Shown here piece by piece: positions 47,320 through 60,760 of a stretch of DNA of 64,000 bases (the stretch's first letter is position 1; each line of letters begins with the position of its first letter). Source of the stretch: Thraustochytrium aureum (lineage: Eukaryota). The position numbers and the translations under genes are program-made. Location: contig BLSG01000343.1 of assembly GCA_012862495.1 (NCBI GenBank), positions 59,984-123,983 on the forward strand. The letters are read 5' to 3'. A model generated the notes under the pieces. The model was not told where the DNA came from, did no database searches, and saw only the letters and a list, made by a program, of their open reading frames with translations.

Positions 47320-49786
47320 ATGGAGGATGATGCGAGAGCTACGGATCATCGCGAGCCGTCGATGGACGAGCCTGCGCGATCGAGTGGCACGACGGTGACA
47401 GGGTCGCCGAAAGATGGCCTGGGTGGCATCAGAAGGCTCGTGCTGACGAGGAGGGGCAGCTCCAGTAGCCAGATCGCGGTTCATGCGCGCAGAGGCTCGA
47501 GCAGCACGCCACGAAGTCCCCCACGCAAGGGCTCGGCGAAGAGACGCGTGTCCAAACTTGGCCTAGGCGGCGAAACGATGGCGAGCATTCTGCAGACGGA
47601 TGGTGGGAGGACACGCGGGTCGATGGCGCACGAAGCTGCGCCGCGGCTCTCGCTGCAGGAGCGCTTGAAAGGCAACCACAAGCTTGGGCCGAGGCGCAAA
47701 CGCACCCTCCAGCACGTGAGTGCCATTGCAGTTGGCGTCTCGGGGCAAGGAGCGCAAGTGGGACAGAAAGGAAACGGGAAAAGCGCAACTCTGAGCGCCG
47801 TTCTTGCCAACCAAATCGAGAGACTGGAGACCAAGACCCGGCTCCTTGGCGTTCCTGGACCGCGAGGGAGAGCGGAGGAGGACCCCCCCGGCGGGTCGTT
47901 GACACGGCGCGCGTCGAACGCGCTGCTGGCCGGCCAGAACAACATCAAGTTATGGAGCAAAGTGCGCTCTGCCGTCAAGATGGCCGGAGCAATTGGGCGT
48001 ATCAGCAAGGAGACCGAGAGCGCCAAGCGGATGCGGATCAAGCGACATTGGGACCTGGTGCGGCAGATCGCTCGCGCAGCAATCTCCTTGTCTGTCCTGA
48101 CCGACAAGCGCGACCAGGCCGACAGCAAGGTTGGGATTAAGAACTACACGCGGTTCTGCAAGATCCTCAAGTCGCACCCCAGTTCTCGAACCAAGTCTGA
48201 CCTCGACTTCCTCCTCAAGTCAACGCGCCACCTGGCCTTCTTTAACTCGACGCGACAAAACGCCACCAAGAAAGCGTCCAATTTGCGGACGGCAACTACA
48301 GATCTCACCAACTCGGTTGAGATTTCAGACCTTCAGCACCTCGAGCTCTGCCGCACCATGACCCTTCGCCGCGTCGATAATTCGCATGAATTCATCTTCC
48401 GCCAAGGCGACACCGGGGAGGAGTTTTTCATTATTCTGGAAGGCTCTGTCGCGGTGCAGCGCAAGACCGGCAAGGCGGGCGTCAACCGCACGGTGGCGCG
48501 CCTAGAAGCGGGAGCCAGCTTCGGAGAGCTCGCCCTTTCCGGGGCCAGCTCGGGCAGCATGCGCACGGCCTCCGTCGTGACAATCGAGCCGTGCGCCTTC
48601 CTGGTCATCCACAAGGAGGACTATGCGCGCATCCTGCGGAACACGCATCAAGAGGCTTTCGACCAAAAGATCAAGTTTCTTCAAAAGGTTTCCGCCCTCC
48701 AAGACCTCTCCGAGAAGGACATATTCAACATCGGCATCTGCCTCCAGCTTCAAAAGGTGCGCGTCGGGTCGCTCATTGCCAAAGAAGGGGCCACGCTGGA
48801 CCCACTCCGGTTCTTTATTATCGTCAAGCGCGGCGAGCTCGAGGTCCGCAAGCGCGTCGCGCTCGACACAGACACCAAGAAGGGCAAGGTGAAACTCGCT
48901 GGCGCGCAGCCAGCTTTGCAGTCCACTCCAACTGACAGCGACAATTACCGACACCTCAGTCTCTGCCTCATGGGCCCCACAGGAATCAATATGCGACTAC
49001 CGCGCACTTGCGGGCCGCGAGGACCAGACGTATTCGTACCCGTTCTCCGTCGTCGCCAACACCTTGGTCGAGTTCTACTGCATCTCCAAGCACGACATGT
49101 TCGGGAAGCTCAGCGCAGAGAGCGTGGCATCCATCCAGCGGCGCATCAGTAGGTTCCCAGATGAGCGAACCGCGAAGAACGCGTACGCGCTCTCCATCGG
49201 GTGGCGTCGCTACAAGGAAGACCTCATTCAGACCGTAATCGCGAACAGGCACAAGGACGACAAAACGCTAGATCCTGCGCAAAGTCGCCTACACGCCCGA
49301 GCTCTTGAGCAGCGCATGCTCGCCGCCAAGGCAGACGCAACAAAGCGCGGGGCCACGCGCCCCGGCGCAGACCGTCAGCCTGTCCCAATCCCGCCCAAAG
49401 CAGCCCGCCATCGGCACTCGTCAAAAGCGCCAGGACACTTCCGCAAAAGCGTATTCGAGCGGGGAGGTGCGACCGCGTCACGGGAGCACGAAGACGGAGC
49501 AAGCGCGAGCCTTGGTTCCCGGGCGCACGCCCCGCTGCTTCGACAGGGTTCTTTCACCAACACGATCAACGTCAAGCGAGAGTCTGCTCTGCAGCGCGTT
49601 CTGCCGCCAGGCTCTCCACGCGTGCGCGAGGAGCGCCGTGTCGCCGAGGAGCGCCGCGGCTTTGCTGATGCGGCACAGGAAATGCAAGAGTTTCTTGAAG
49701 ACGGCTTTACACTCACGCGCCACGTTTACGACAACGCGCTCAGCGAGGGCGCGCGTTTCTTTTGCAAAAGTGTTCTATGGGCCTAA
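47320..49786 (+). CDS. Protein with two cyclic-nucleotide-binding domains (CNBD2-like architecture); frameshift near 49000
   Basis: Domain 1: 'FIFRQGDTGEEFFIILEGSV...SFGELAL...MRTASVVTIEPCAFLVIHKEDY'. Domain 2: 'GSLIAKEG...FIIVKRGELEV...VEFYCISKHD'. Confidence 0.85.
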
Positions 49787-49924
49787 AGGAAAATTCGCGC
49801 GATCCGAGACGCTGTTCGGAAGCCACTTCTAGCCTCGGCCCGCCAACCGCGGGCCACCTTCTGCTGGGAAACTAACTTGCTCCGCAGCAGTTTCTTCACA
49901 ACATCCCCTACAAGAAAGCGCGCG

Positions 49925-52900
49925 CTATCGAGGGGGCGAGCGCCCTTGCGCCCTGGCCGCGCGCGCTACGGTTGTCCATGACACCGTCGAAATTGGCGGC
50001 CCGCCTATCCCGCTAGCCTTCTGCTCCGTTGTGCCCTTGAGTTCTTTCTTCTCGAGCTTGATGAGCCTCTTGATGGCACTTGCCCGGCGCTCCTGCGAGG
50101 TGCGCATCTCGAGGCAGACGCGTTTGAGGTCATCCATCTGCCAAACCGAGCCGTGGCTCTCAGTCATACTCATGCCGCCAGTACTGCTCTTCAACGAAGC
50201 TGCAAGTCGCTGCGTCTCAGGCGCTCGGTGAGGCAGCGACTGCGCGGGTGCAATGTTGCTCACCGCCCGCGCCACTCGTCCTTGCGCGAGCTCGTGCGCT
50301 GCGGCGATCTCGCTCTGCTGCATAACGTCGCAACGCTGCCTCGTCGCCTTGAGCTCTCTCTCCAGGCCTTGAATGCGCTCCAACAAGTCTCGCTTTTCCG
50401 CTTCCCAAAGCTGCTGGTGTCGTTTCTGACACGCAGCAGCTGCATCCACTTTTCGCTGCAACGCCCGCTGCTCTTGGGCGAACCGCTCGCGCTCTGCCTG
50501 CGCTTTGGCTTGAAATTCTCGAGCTGCACGACGCTCGCGACGCGCAACCTGCTCTTGGGTGTCCTTGGCCGACCTCAATACGCCAAGCGCATTCTCCTCT
50601 ACGGAGCTGTTCCGAGCGCGCAGCCGTACCAGGGCGGCCTCCATTCCTTGAATGTCTTTGGTAGCCGCTGACAGGGCACCCCGCAGCTCGGACTGCGTCT
50701 TCACAGCCTCGCTCAGCGCTAGGTGCTTGTTCCGCAGGTCCCGAGCAAGCTTGGCGTTCTCCGCCTCTAGCCTCGCGCACTCTTTCGAAAGCCCGCCGGC
50801 CTCGCTCTCTACGCTTTGGTTCTCTTCAACTTTGTGCAGGAGGATCTCGCGTTGCAGCTCGAGCTTCCCTTCAAGCTCACCTGCGCGAGCGTCGGCTTTC
50901 TCCGCAATCTGTTTCAATCTCGCCACCTCGGCCGCTAGCGCATCGCGCTCGACCACCACCGTCTCGAGTCGCGCCCCAAGTCGAAGGTGTTGGAGGACGC
51001 ACCTGAGCGAGACCCCAAGTATGCGCCCAACAGAGCTAACCAGCTCAACCTCATCTGCACTAAAGTCAGCGAGCACGCCACGCTCGCTCTTGTTTGCGAG
51101 CTGCACCAGACCTACTGCGCTGCCGTTCCTGCCGGGCCCAACAATTGGCGCGCATACAGTCGAGCGGACCAGTGGCACTCCAGATGGGGAAACGAAGCGC
51201 TCAGCGCCGAGTCCAGCTCGCCGACCCCCCTGGCCCAAACCTGTCGGGTCAGAAAAACTGCTGCAAGGGGACCAGGCTCCTCAGCATGACCCTCGCTCGT
51301 TCCGCCCTGGCGCATAACGCGAACCACTGGCCGGCGGCCCCCATCTCGCTGGCCGACAGTCCAGAGCTCGCCGCTCAACTCGTCTAGGATGGCAAGGCTG
51401 GCGGCCTGGCAATTGAAGACATCGCAAATTGACTTTTGCACAGACCCGAGTGCGCGGGCGAGCTGCTCCTCAGAGGAGGCTGCGGCAACCTCGCCAGCCC
51501 AAGTGCTTGCAGCCTGGCGAACCTGATCTGAGCGCTGCGAAGCCGCAACTTGACCCGCCAAGTCTCGCGCCGCCGACTCGGCAGCAACCAGGCTGTCGCT
51601 TGCCGCGCTGGCGCTGCGCTCAAGGTCANNNNNNNNNNNNNNNNNNNNNNNNNNNNNNNNNNNNNNNNNNNNNNNNNNNNNNNNNNNNNNNNNNNNNNNN
51701 NNNNNNNNNNNNNNNNNNNNNNNNNNNNNNNNNNNNNNNNNNNNNNNNNNNNNNNNNNNNNNNNNNNNNNNNNNNNNNNNNNNNNNNNNNNNNNNNNNNN
51801 NNNNNNNNNNNNNNNNNNGCGCCGAAAGAGCGCCTCAACAGCCTTCGCAGCGTCGCAAGGCAGCGGCTTGCCGCGAGCGCTGCATCTGCCGGGAAGGCGC
51901 GAGCAGAGCAAACGCGGACTACGCCAAGCACTTCGGCACGGGCAGCGTCCCAGAGAGGTGCACAAACCAAGCCGACGCTCGGACCCCCCCGCACCACGCA
52001 GGCGTCATAGTCTGGATGGAACCTCTCGTCACGCCTGGCGTCGCCAAGCGCAATCTCTTGGCCCGTTCTCGCGACAAATCCAAGAATGCCAGCGTCCTGG
52101 CCGCGGGCCGGAAACTTTGCATCCCCGCGCAGGAAAACGTGGGCTACGGCAGCATTTTCAGCGACTGAATCGCCACCCTGGACAAAGCAGGGTCTTGCGC
52201 CCCCGCGTCACCTACAAGTAGCGGCGAAATGATTTGCGGCAATCGGGCAGCTACGGCGCTTCGAAGCTCCTCTGGCGCCGCCGCGCTCGCTGCTTCCGCG
52301 CACAGAATCCCGAGCTGCCCACCAGCGCTTGCTAATTGCGACACGCTGCGGAACTCTGCTTTGAGGCTCTCGAGGTCGGCGACGGCGGCTTGCGCAATCC
52401 GCGAGTTGGCGTCGCGTGCGCTCAGCGCGGATCGCGCCACAGCCTGCAAGCCGACCAGAACGGAGAGCGTGCTCAAAATAGAGTCGACCGGTGCATCTGG
52501 CCACGCCCAGGATGCCCTATCGACCATGCGCACGAAAGCGACGGTTCGGGTCCCTGGCTGAGCGTCTTGGTCCAACTCTGGGCACGTCAGCGGGACGAGC
52601 GCAAAATCTTGCTGCGAGCCAGCTGGCGACGACAGAGCTTGGTCCACCGAGATAACTTGGATTGCGCGCGCGCCAAGGAGGTCACGCAGACCCTGCTGCA
52701 AGGCGGCCAAGAAGTCGACGTTGGGCGAAGTAGCCTGCGCGGCGACGTCGCGCACGACGTCAATGAGCCGCTGCGAATGGGTCTTGGCGAGAGACAGCTC
52801 TGCACAGAGTGCCGATGCACGCTCCTCGATTCCTGACTCGAGATCTGCGGCACCTTGACGGGCTTCGCGCAATTGGTCTTCGAGCTTCTCCCTGTCCCTC

Positions 52901-55900
52901 ACGATTCCCTCGCAAACCTTCGCGGCTTGCACCACATCTGCAATTGCCCGGACACATTCATGGAAAAGAGCCAACTCGTGAACCGTCGTGGGGTCTTTGG
53001 CCTCCGCCTGCACATCGAGAACCGCTACTGTCTCGCCCTCCGAGACTTGGCGAACAGGTACCGCAACTCGACCGTTCGCGAGACTCGGCTGACCGCTGGA
53101 GAATACGAAGTTTATCACGCTATCTGCCGCGATCCAATCAGTCGAGCCGCCCACTTCTGCGACGGATCCGCGTCCGCTCGCCGCGTCTCGGGCGAGATCG
53201 CTGGCCCCAAGTCCTTGCAGCGCAATAAGGCGACCTTCGTCCTCGATGTACAATGCGCACTCAGCACGGTCGAGGCCTGCTTTTGCAAGGACTTTGCCGA
53301 GGGAGCGCCAAACGAGCACAGCAACAGCGGCCGGGCCTCGAGGCACTGCGGAAGCAAGCTCGCCCGCAAACCGGGCCGCCTCCCTAAAGCCGGCCCCAGC
53401 TGCAATTATGCCCTCGAGCTTGCGTGTTGTGGCGTCGACGCGAGACCGCAGGCGCTCTTCATTTCGGAGGCACTGGCTGCTCTGCTCAGCTGCTACGAAA
53501 GCCTGCCGCTCCAAAGTGCANNNNNNNNNNNNNNNNNNNNNNNNNNNNNNNNNNNNNNNNNNNNNNNNNNNNNNNNNNNNNNNNNNNNNNNNNNNNNNNN
53601 NNNNNNNNNNNNNNNNNNNNNNNNNNNNNNNNNNNNNNNNNNNNNNNNNNNNNNNNNNNNNNNNNNNNNNNNNNNNNNNNNNNNNNNNNNNNNNNNNNNN
53701 NNNNNNNNNNNNNNNNNNNNNNNNNNNNNNNNNNNNNNNNNNNNNNNNNNNNNNNNNNNNNNNNNNNNNNNNNNNNNNNNNNNNNNNNNNNNNNNNNNNN
53801 NNNNNNNNNNNNNNNNNNNNNNNNNNNNNNNNNNNNNNNNNNNNNNNNNNNNNNNNNNNNNNNNNNNNNNNNNNNNNNNNNNNNNNNNNNNNNNNNNNNN
53901 NNNNNNNNNNNNNNNNNNNNNNNNNNNNNNNNNNNNNNNNNNNNNNNNNNNNNNNNNNNNNNNNNNNNNNNNCTCCGAAAACGGCCGATGCGCCCTACTG
54001 CAGTAGAGTACTGCGAGGGTCTCGCCGAGTGCAGACTTGACCGCCCAAAAAGCGGCAGTGCGGCTTGGCTCCATGTTGTCTTCAGACGCGCTGAACGCCG
54101 CACTCTTGTCGACGCGCTCGAGGAAAAGCTCCAAGCTGTGGTCCCGGTTTCGAAAGGCAGAGTAGACAATGCTGGGCTGGTCAAGCACGATGCTTGTCGG
54201 AAGCGTGCACGGCGCGCACGAAACCCGACAGACGTGCACCTCACCAGCCGCACTATGGTCCGGCGCCTCGTCAACATACACTGCCGCGTCCTCCACGTCC
54301 AGCATTTCCTTTGCGAGACGAGCGACCTGGTGGGCGATATGAAGAATGCGGCTTGCGCCCCCGTGCCCCACAGTTACAGCAGCACCGTCGAATCCGCGAG
54401 GCGAGCTCGACCGGCCGCGCGGCGAGCCTGGCGGGGACGACCCTACCATGCAAGCTTCTGCATCGTGTTTGATATGCGTTGCGAAGCGGCCGAGTTCGGT
54501 CCCCAGGAAAAGGGCGCGGAACCGCTCTCGGTGACCGAGCCTGCGGGGTCAGGGTCTACTCGTCGGCTTGCGGACACTACGGGGAAGAGAAGATGGTACG
54601 CGATGTCGAGGGCTCCTGCGTTGGCCTCCCCTGCGGTCTCGGCCAACGAACGCGCGCGCTCTGCGCTTTCAAGCGTTCGGCTCGTAGTTGCCAGCTTCTC
54701 TGCAAGCTGAGCCGCTGCGCCCGATTGCTTGGCAATGAGGCTGGCCGCCACCAGACGCTCTTTGCAGACACTTACGACGACACCTACAAGCGCCGCAAGA
54801 CGTTCAGCTCGGCGCGGCAGCGGGCCAAGCTGCCCGGCTCTATGAAAGGCAACCACTCCGCGTAGCTTTCGTGGCGACTTCCGGCCACCATCTTCACTAG
54901 GCAGCTTTCCTGCAGCAAATGATGACTGCTCCCACACGGGAGCGCAGACCAAGCCCTCCGGCCGTGATCCGGCATGGAGCCCGGCCAAGTCGCTGCGCTC
55001 GCTGAACCTGCTGTCGTGAAATACATCCTGCACTGCCACGACACTCGCGTGCTGAGCACATGCACCAACGAGGCCGTGCCCGACCTTGCATCGAACTCGC
55101 TTCTCGATGCCTCCTGCCGCGTCCTCGGAGGTCCAGAGCGTACCGCTGTCATCCTCCTCAAGGAGAAACAAGCAGCAGGATTCGCAACGAGCGACCGCAG
55201 GGAGAAGTGCTCGCACAGTGTGCAAAGCGCCACCAAGCCCAGCCTCGCCGGCGCTTGTCTCGAGCGAAGTTGCGAGAAAGTCGGCTTCTGCAGCGCCGTC
55301 TTCCAGCTGCGATTTCAACGCGGCGAGACGGTCCTGCACTTGAGCGCATTCCGCGTTGGCGAGGGCCAGAGCAGAGTTGGTTTCTTCGAGTTGCCTGGCC
55401 CACGTCACGGCTCGGTCCGCGACCTGGGCGAGAGTCCTAGCACCCGCGATGTCAAGATTGGATGCGCTCGTTCCTGCGACGAGGAGAATCCTAGTCTTCC
55501 CGACCGGAACGACGATCGCTGCGGTTGCCGGCGCAAGGTTGCTGGCTCTCAGCGCAGCATTGAGCGAGTCACCAAACGCGCGGCGGCGTTCTACGAGCTC
55601 AATCTGGCCGCTCGCTCGGTCGAGCCAATCAATGAGAGGGCCCAGGAGCGCGTAGTCCTCCTCCACTTCGAATGGCGATAAGGCGGCAGATTCACTTGCA
55701 CTGTGCAACGCAACGCGGCCATCAGGCGTGGAGGCACCACAAGCTATCTCGAAAAACGCGGCGAAATGGCCACCTAGGCACTCCGCCGCGTTCTGAAGGC
55801 CGAGAGCCCAGATTTGCGCAGAAGGCACGCTGCGCGCCGTGAATCGGGCAAGCACACTACACAGCTCTCGAGTGCGGGCCAAGTGCGAGCGCGCTTCTGC

Positions 55901-58900
55901 CTCACCGCCCTTCAACGCCACGATCTCCTGAGCGAGCACCCCCGCTCGTTGCTCTCGCTCTCCAAGTGCGGCGTCGAGCAGAGCGAGCCTCTCTACAATG
56001 CGCGCGGTGCCTCCAACGACTTGCAAATACTCGCTCGACCCCCGCCAAATCGAGATCCAGTGGCTCGCCGAGGACCAAATAGGCCCCCGCTTGGGGCCGA
56101 GTGAGAAACCTGCATCGCGATCCGGCTTGTGACTCGTGACGGCGCACGTTCCAGCGCCACCCATCGCTTCGGAGAGTGCTGTTGCAATCCGCTCCGCCTC
56201 GGGGACTTGCTCTGGGCCTTCGAGGGATGTGATTGCCGCAAGCGCCACGCCGGCCAAACGATGTTGTCGCTTGAGCTCGGCTTTGGCGTCAGCGGCCCCG
56301 GCGGCAGCCCTGCCGAGCTCCTCGCGCGCGCGATACAGCGCAACAGCGCTTGACGAGACCCAACGCAGCATGTGAACTACCATGGCGTCCAGACCACTTG
56401 AGCCTGCCGCCGACACGCCAAGGCTTCGAACGAGAAGGACGCCTGAGAGGGCGTCGGGGTCATTAGGGTCCTGGACGGGCAGGGCGACGAGCCTACCTTC
56501 ATACTGCACCTCGCCCGTTGAAGAAGCCGCTCGAACGAGCGGAAGAACAGCGCGAGAGCCCCGATTCCCCTCGTCTACCGCAAAGAATTCGCACTCCACT
56601 GTGCCCACTGCGCAATGCCCGAACGCAGCGGTAGTCAAGCGGCGCATTGCTTCGCTCAAAGAGCGATCTGCGAGCGTCTCAGGTACAGCTTTGGCCATGG
56701 CAGCGAACGACTCGGACAGCCCCAGCACGTCAGTTGACGCGCGAGACAGTGCTTCGACCTCGGTCTTGGCGATGTCAAGCTCTTCCGCCAAGCTCACGCA
56801 CTTCAGCATTGCTGGCAGTACTGCCGCAACGACACGAACAAGCAATGGGTTTTTGCAGCGCGCCGTGTCGGATCGTCGCGCCGCTCGGGCAAGAGAACCG
56901 CTTGCAGATGGCCAGTTGTCCCAACAGGAACAGCCCAGTTGACCGCGCCGCTTCGTCAAAGCCGGGGTCTGCAGGATAAGATGGCGCGGAAAGGCAAGGC
57001 GTCTGGAAATGCGGCTGCAACGGCAGCTTGCAGCCGCGCGCGGCCACTGCTGCATGCCGCGACGGCTATCTCGTACAGACCCGTCAGACTTGCCTGAACG
57101 TCTTGAGCTTCAATTGCCAAGGTGCGCAAATGAGCCGACGCCTGAGCGTTATGGATAAGCCCAAAGGCGTGGTGTCCAAGTGCCTCCAACAGCCGCCGTT
57201 CCCTCTCCGTGAAGGGCGGCCCTTCCGCGTTCACGGAGCTTACCTGAATAACACCAGCCACAGCCGCATCGGTCTTGGGCGCAAGCCTCCGTCTTTCACC
57301 AGTTCGCTGCAGCAAATGCTCTCGGGGGATGATCGGAACAACAATCATCTGCTGCGTTCCTGGCTCGTCGCTGCCAAGGAGCAAGTCATACTGGCGCAGC
57401 CCCGAAGCGTCCACGACGCGAGTCTTCGCAGTAACAGCAACGCGTCCAGGAATCCCCGCGCCAAGTGGGACAACGGCTCCGGTCCTTGACGCTGGCGCGC
57501 GAAGGTGGAGTCTTGGCGGGTCTTCACCCTCGACGAGGTAGACTGCCACCGCATGGAACGCCTCAGGAGCGTCGAGCTTGCGCGGCCCAAAAAGGGACGC
57601 TGCGGCTTGTGCGACAGCCTCGCAAACTTGTGCTTGGTCCTGTTTTGGATGGTTCTCGCCAGCAAGCAGGAGGCTTGACTCAACCTGCTCAAGAAAGTCC
57701 CAGAGCTGCTTGTTTTCGACTCCGCTCTCCCCGCGGCTCTCCCAGAGGCTCTGGAGTTCTTGTTTCTTCTGCTGCGTGGCTGCTTGTGCCTGCGCTATGT
57801 CTTGTTGGAGAGCCTTGGCCCGCGCAATGCAGTTGAGCTGCGCTGCGATAGCCTTCGCCAAGCGCACGAGGACCCTCTCGTCGCCTTCACCGAAGGGCTC
57901 GCTCGGCTGTCTGGACGGCCGAAAGTACGACAAGCTGTTCGGGATGCTTCGCCTCGACTCGTTGGCACAGGATTGCGCGGGGGACGTCTTCATTCACCCC
58001 AAGAACGTTGCGGTTGTTGTAGACCCTATTGGAGCCAACGACAATGCGAAAGAGGTCAGACGGAGAAGCGCTAGCGTCCTCGGCCATCTCTATCGCAGCG
58101 GTGTCGCTCTGAAGCACTGCACTGGCCCCGCAAGCGACGCAAGCGCAGACTTGCTCCACGGATTCACAGGCCATGAGGTCTAAAAGCCAGTCTGAAATAG
58201 CAGCTTCGCGCGCCGCCGCCTCCCCTATGGCCCCGAGTTTTGCCTGCAGGACGGCGAGCTCTTCTGCGGCGCCCAGAAGGTCCCTTTGCCGAGCGGCAAG
58301 CTGCTGGCGCGCATGAGCGCCCTGCCGGTCTAAAGCGAAGCGTGACCAGGCGTGCTTTGCGAGCAACTGCGCGAGCGCAGAATGTTCCTCATCGATGTCG
58401 CTAGCCGAGCTGGCCATGACCAGCAGCGCTTGAGGCACGCCCCCCGGTCCTGGGAGCCCGTCCAGAAAGAGCTGAACCGACCCACCTGACATCCCCCGCG
58501 GAACTTGGGCCTGCTCCGCAGGCGGAATGGTGATTCGAACGAAATCATAAGAGAGCGTTTCCCGCAGCAACGACTCGAGGAAGCGAACGATGCCTTCGAC
58601 CGAGTCGCTCGCCTCGGCGCCGTCTGTCGGGCTCGCGGATGCCGCCTCCAAGCCCTCCAGGAATCGCTTTGCGCCGCGCCGTGATGCGACTAGCTCTGAT
58701 CCCCGGCGCTTGTACGCGGCGAGGGCATTCCCTACATCGTCCAGCGTCTGGTCTTTGAGCCGCTCTACGGACGCGCACTGCAGGACCTCAGCAAGGCACC
58801 CAACGACGAAATCAAGAGCGTGCTCGTCCAACGTGCTGCCGCTTGAAACATCTGCAAGCCGAACACGGAGCACTGCGTTCGCCTTTTCAACTCCGTCAGC

Positions 58901-59653
58901 CTCACCTGGAACGACCGGGATCGGGATAAAGATCTCGTCGCCATTCTGGAAGCGCTTTCCGGACTCTGCGACAAACGTCGGCCCAGCTCCTGCTTCTCCC
59001 ATCGACTTGATGGCTTCAGGGAGGACCAGCTCGCACGCTCGGCAGCGCAAGCCTTCGGCTAAAGCGGGTTCAGATACAAGCGCTACCGCTGCTGCGTGGC
59101 TACGCAATCGAACGAGATCGATAACGAAGTGCAGTAGTCCTGCCCACCGTTCTGCATCGTTTTGCGCCGTCCGCAGGGCGTCCAGGTCTGCATGCAGTCC
59201 TTCAACGTCGACCTGCAGCGCATGTCCACGCTCCTCAGATGCCTTTCGCCGCTTCTTTTCGCGCTCCCAGAGCTCGCGCAAGCTCGCGTTCTGCTCGGCG
59301 AGGATCGGCAGAGCGCGCAGTCGTCGCTCTACCTCTAGCATTGCAATTGTGCTGTCCGCGCCAGTGGGCCCGCTGGCGCCTTCATCTGACCCGTCCTCCG
59401 AACCGCTGTCCTCGCTGCCTACACTATGCCGAGCCACCGTTTCGCGCACGCCGAGGCTTCGCAGGTTGACGCCAAGCTGCGCCCCGCCGGACGAGGACGG
59501 TGACGAGGTGGAGGAGGCTTCGTCGTCTGACACGCGAACGCTCAAAAGGTCGGGGCTGCGCTGCACGGGCGCCGCATCGCCCCGTTCACGCTTTCTCTCC
59601 GGCGTAGGCGTCGCTGCAAGCAGCTGTTCCCCCTCGCTGCCCTCCCGCTCCAT
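49925..59653 (-). CDS. Large multi-GAF-domain, coiled-coil protein (gaps and frameshifts)
   Basis: Repeated GAF-like units alternating with coiled coils: 'CESCCLFLLEEDDSGTLWT...GHGLVGACA...DVFHDSRF...LVCAPV', 'GAGIPGRVA...MIVVPI...GVIQV...PFTERE', 'VFNCQAASLAILDELSGELWT', 'STVCAPI...VGLVQLANK...FSADE'. ATG at 59653, stop at 49925. Confidence 0.78.
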
Positions 59654-59734
59654 CCGCTCGCATCCCCTTCGCTCGTTGGGGGTCTGCAGCGCTCAACCAC
59701 TGCCGGCAGGCGCCCTTCCTGGCGGCCAGCCTAT

Positions 59735-59828
59735 CCCGCGTTCCCGACCCGGCCCGCGTTCCCGACCCGGCCCGCGTTCCCGACCCGGCCCGCGTTCCCA
59801 GCCCGGCCCGCGTTCCCAGCCCGGCCCG
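59735..59828. repeat. 18-bp GC-rich tandem repeat, ~5 copies
   Basis: cccgcgttcccgacccgg x3, then cccgcgttcccagcccgg x2. Confidence 0.9.
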
Positions 59829-59932
59829 TCCCGCCTGCCTCAGGACCTCGCGTTCCCGCCGACGTGCAGACCAGACAGCCCCTTCCGCTCCGCCCAGCAC
59901 CTTCTGCGCGAGCCGCGATCTCAACCGCCACC

Positions 59933-60250
59933 CATAGGCGTTGCGTTCCCCAAACGAATTGCCCCTCAGGACGATTTCATTGGATTTGCGTTCCCCAAAC
60001 TAACTGCCCCAATTGCCACTGAAAGGAAGACCTCACGGGAGCTGTGGTCGTCATGAACTGCGCTAGAAATGAGCGCATTGGAGTTGCGTTCCCCAAACGA
60101 ATTGCCCCGCAGGACGATTTCATTGGAGTTGCGTTCCCCAAACTAACTGCCCCAATTGCCACTGAAAGGAAGACCTCACGGGAGCTGTGGTCGTCATGAA
60201 CTGCGCTAGAAATGAGCGCATTGGAGTTGCGTTCCCCAAATTAATCGCCC
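59933..60250. repeat. 143-bp tandem repeat (~2.2 copies) built from a ~33-bp sub-repeat (5 copies)
   Basis: CATTGGAGTTGCGTTCCCCAAA-like motif starts at 59933, 59978, 60076, 60121 and 60219 (spacing 45/98/45/98). Confidence 0.92.
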
Positions 60251-60760
60251 AACGGACACTTTCCCCAGTCCGTCAACTCAGCAGCCACGCAGGACACGCA
60301 GGCAGGCAGGAGCGCACGTAGACAGGAGCGCCAAGGCTCGTAGACAGAGTCGGGCGGGCAGAGGCTGCTGGAGCGCACGATTCCATACGCAGGCGGGCAA
60401 GGGTGTTGGCGCTCGCTCGCGCAGGCTGCGGCCCGGACGCCGTCGTGCGCACGACCAAACCCCGCATAAAAATCGCTCAGGCGCCTTGAAAACCTCTGGG
60501 TGGCCAGCCCTTGAGGAGCGCCAGACGAGCTGCAGCGCACAACCGAGTTTGGCGCAAGGTAGCGACGTGGATCGCGTTGGCGGCCGAGCGCGCGCTGCGC
60601 CACGGGCTTTTCGTTTCGTGGAGCAAGGCGCCACGGCAACACAGTTTCCTGGAGGATCGCCAACCTGTTGGCCTGCCGATCGCGAGGCGCGGACCCGCGA
60701 GGCCAAGCGGCTGCGCTCCCTTTGCACACGGGCTTTTAACGCCGCCAGCAGTACGAAGAC

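Noticed and set aside
59933..60250. CRISPR-like repeat-spacer array
   Set aside because: Spacers alternate between two lengths and are themselves duplicated. The context is eukaryotic and there are no cas genes.
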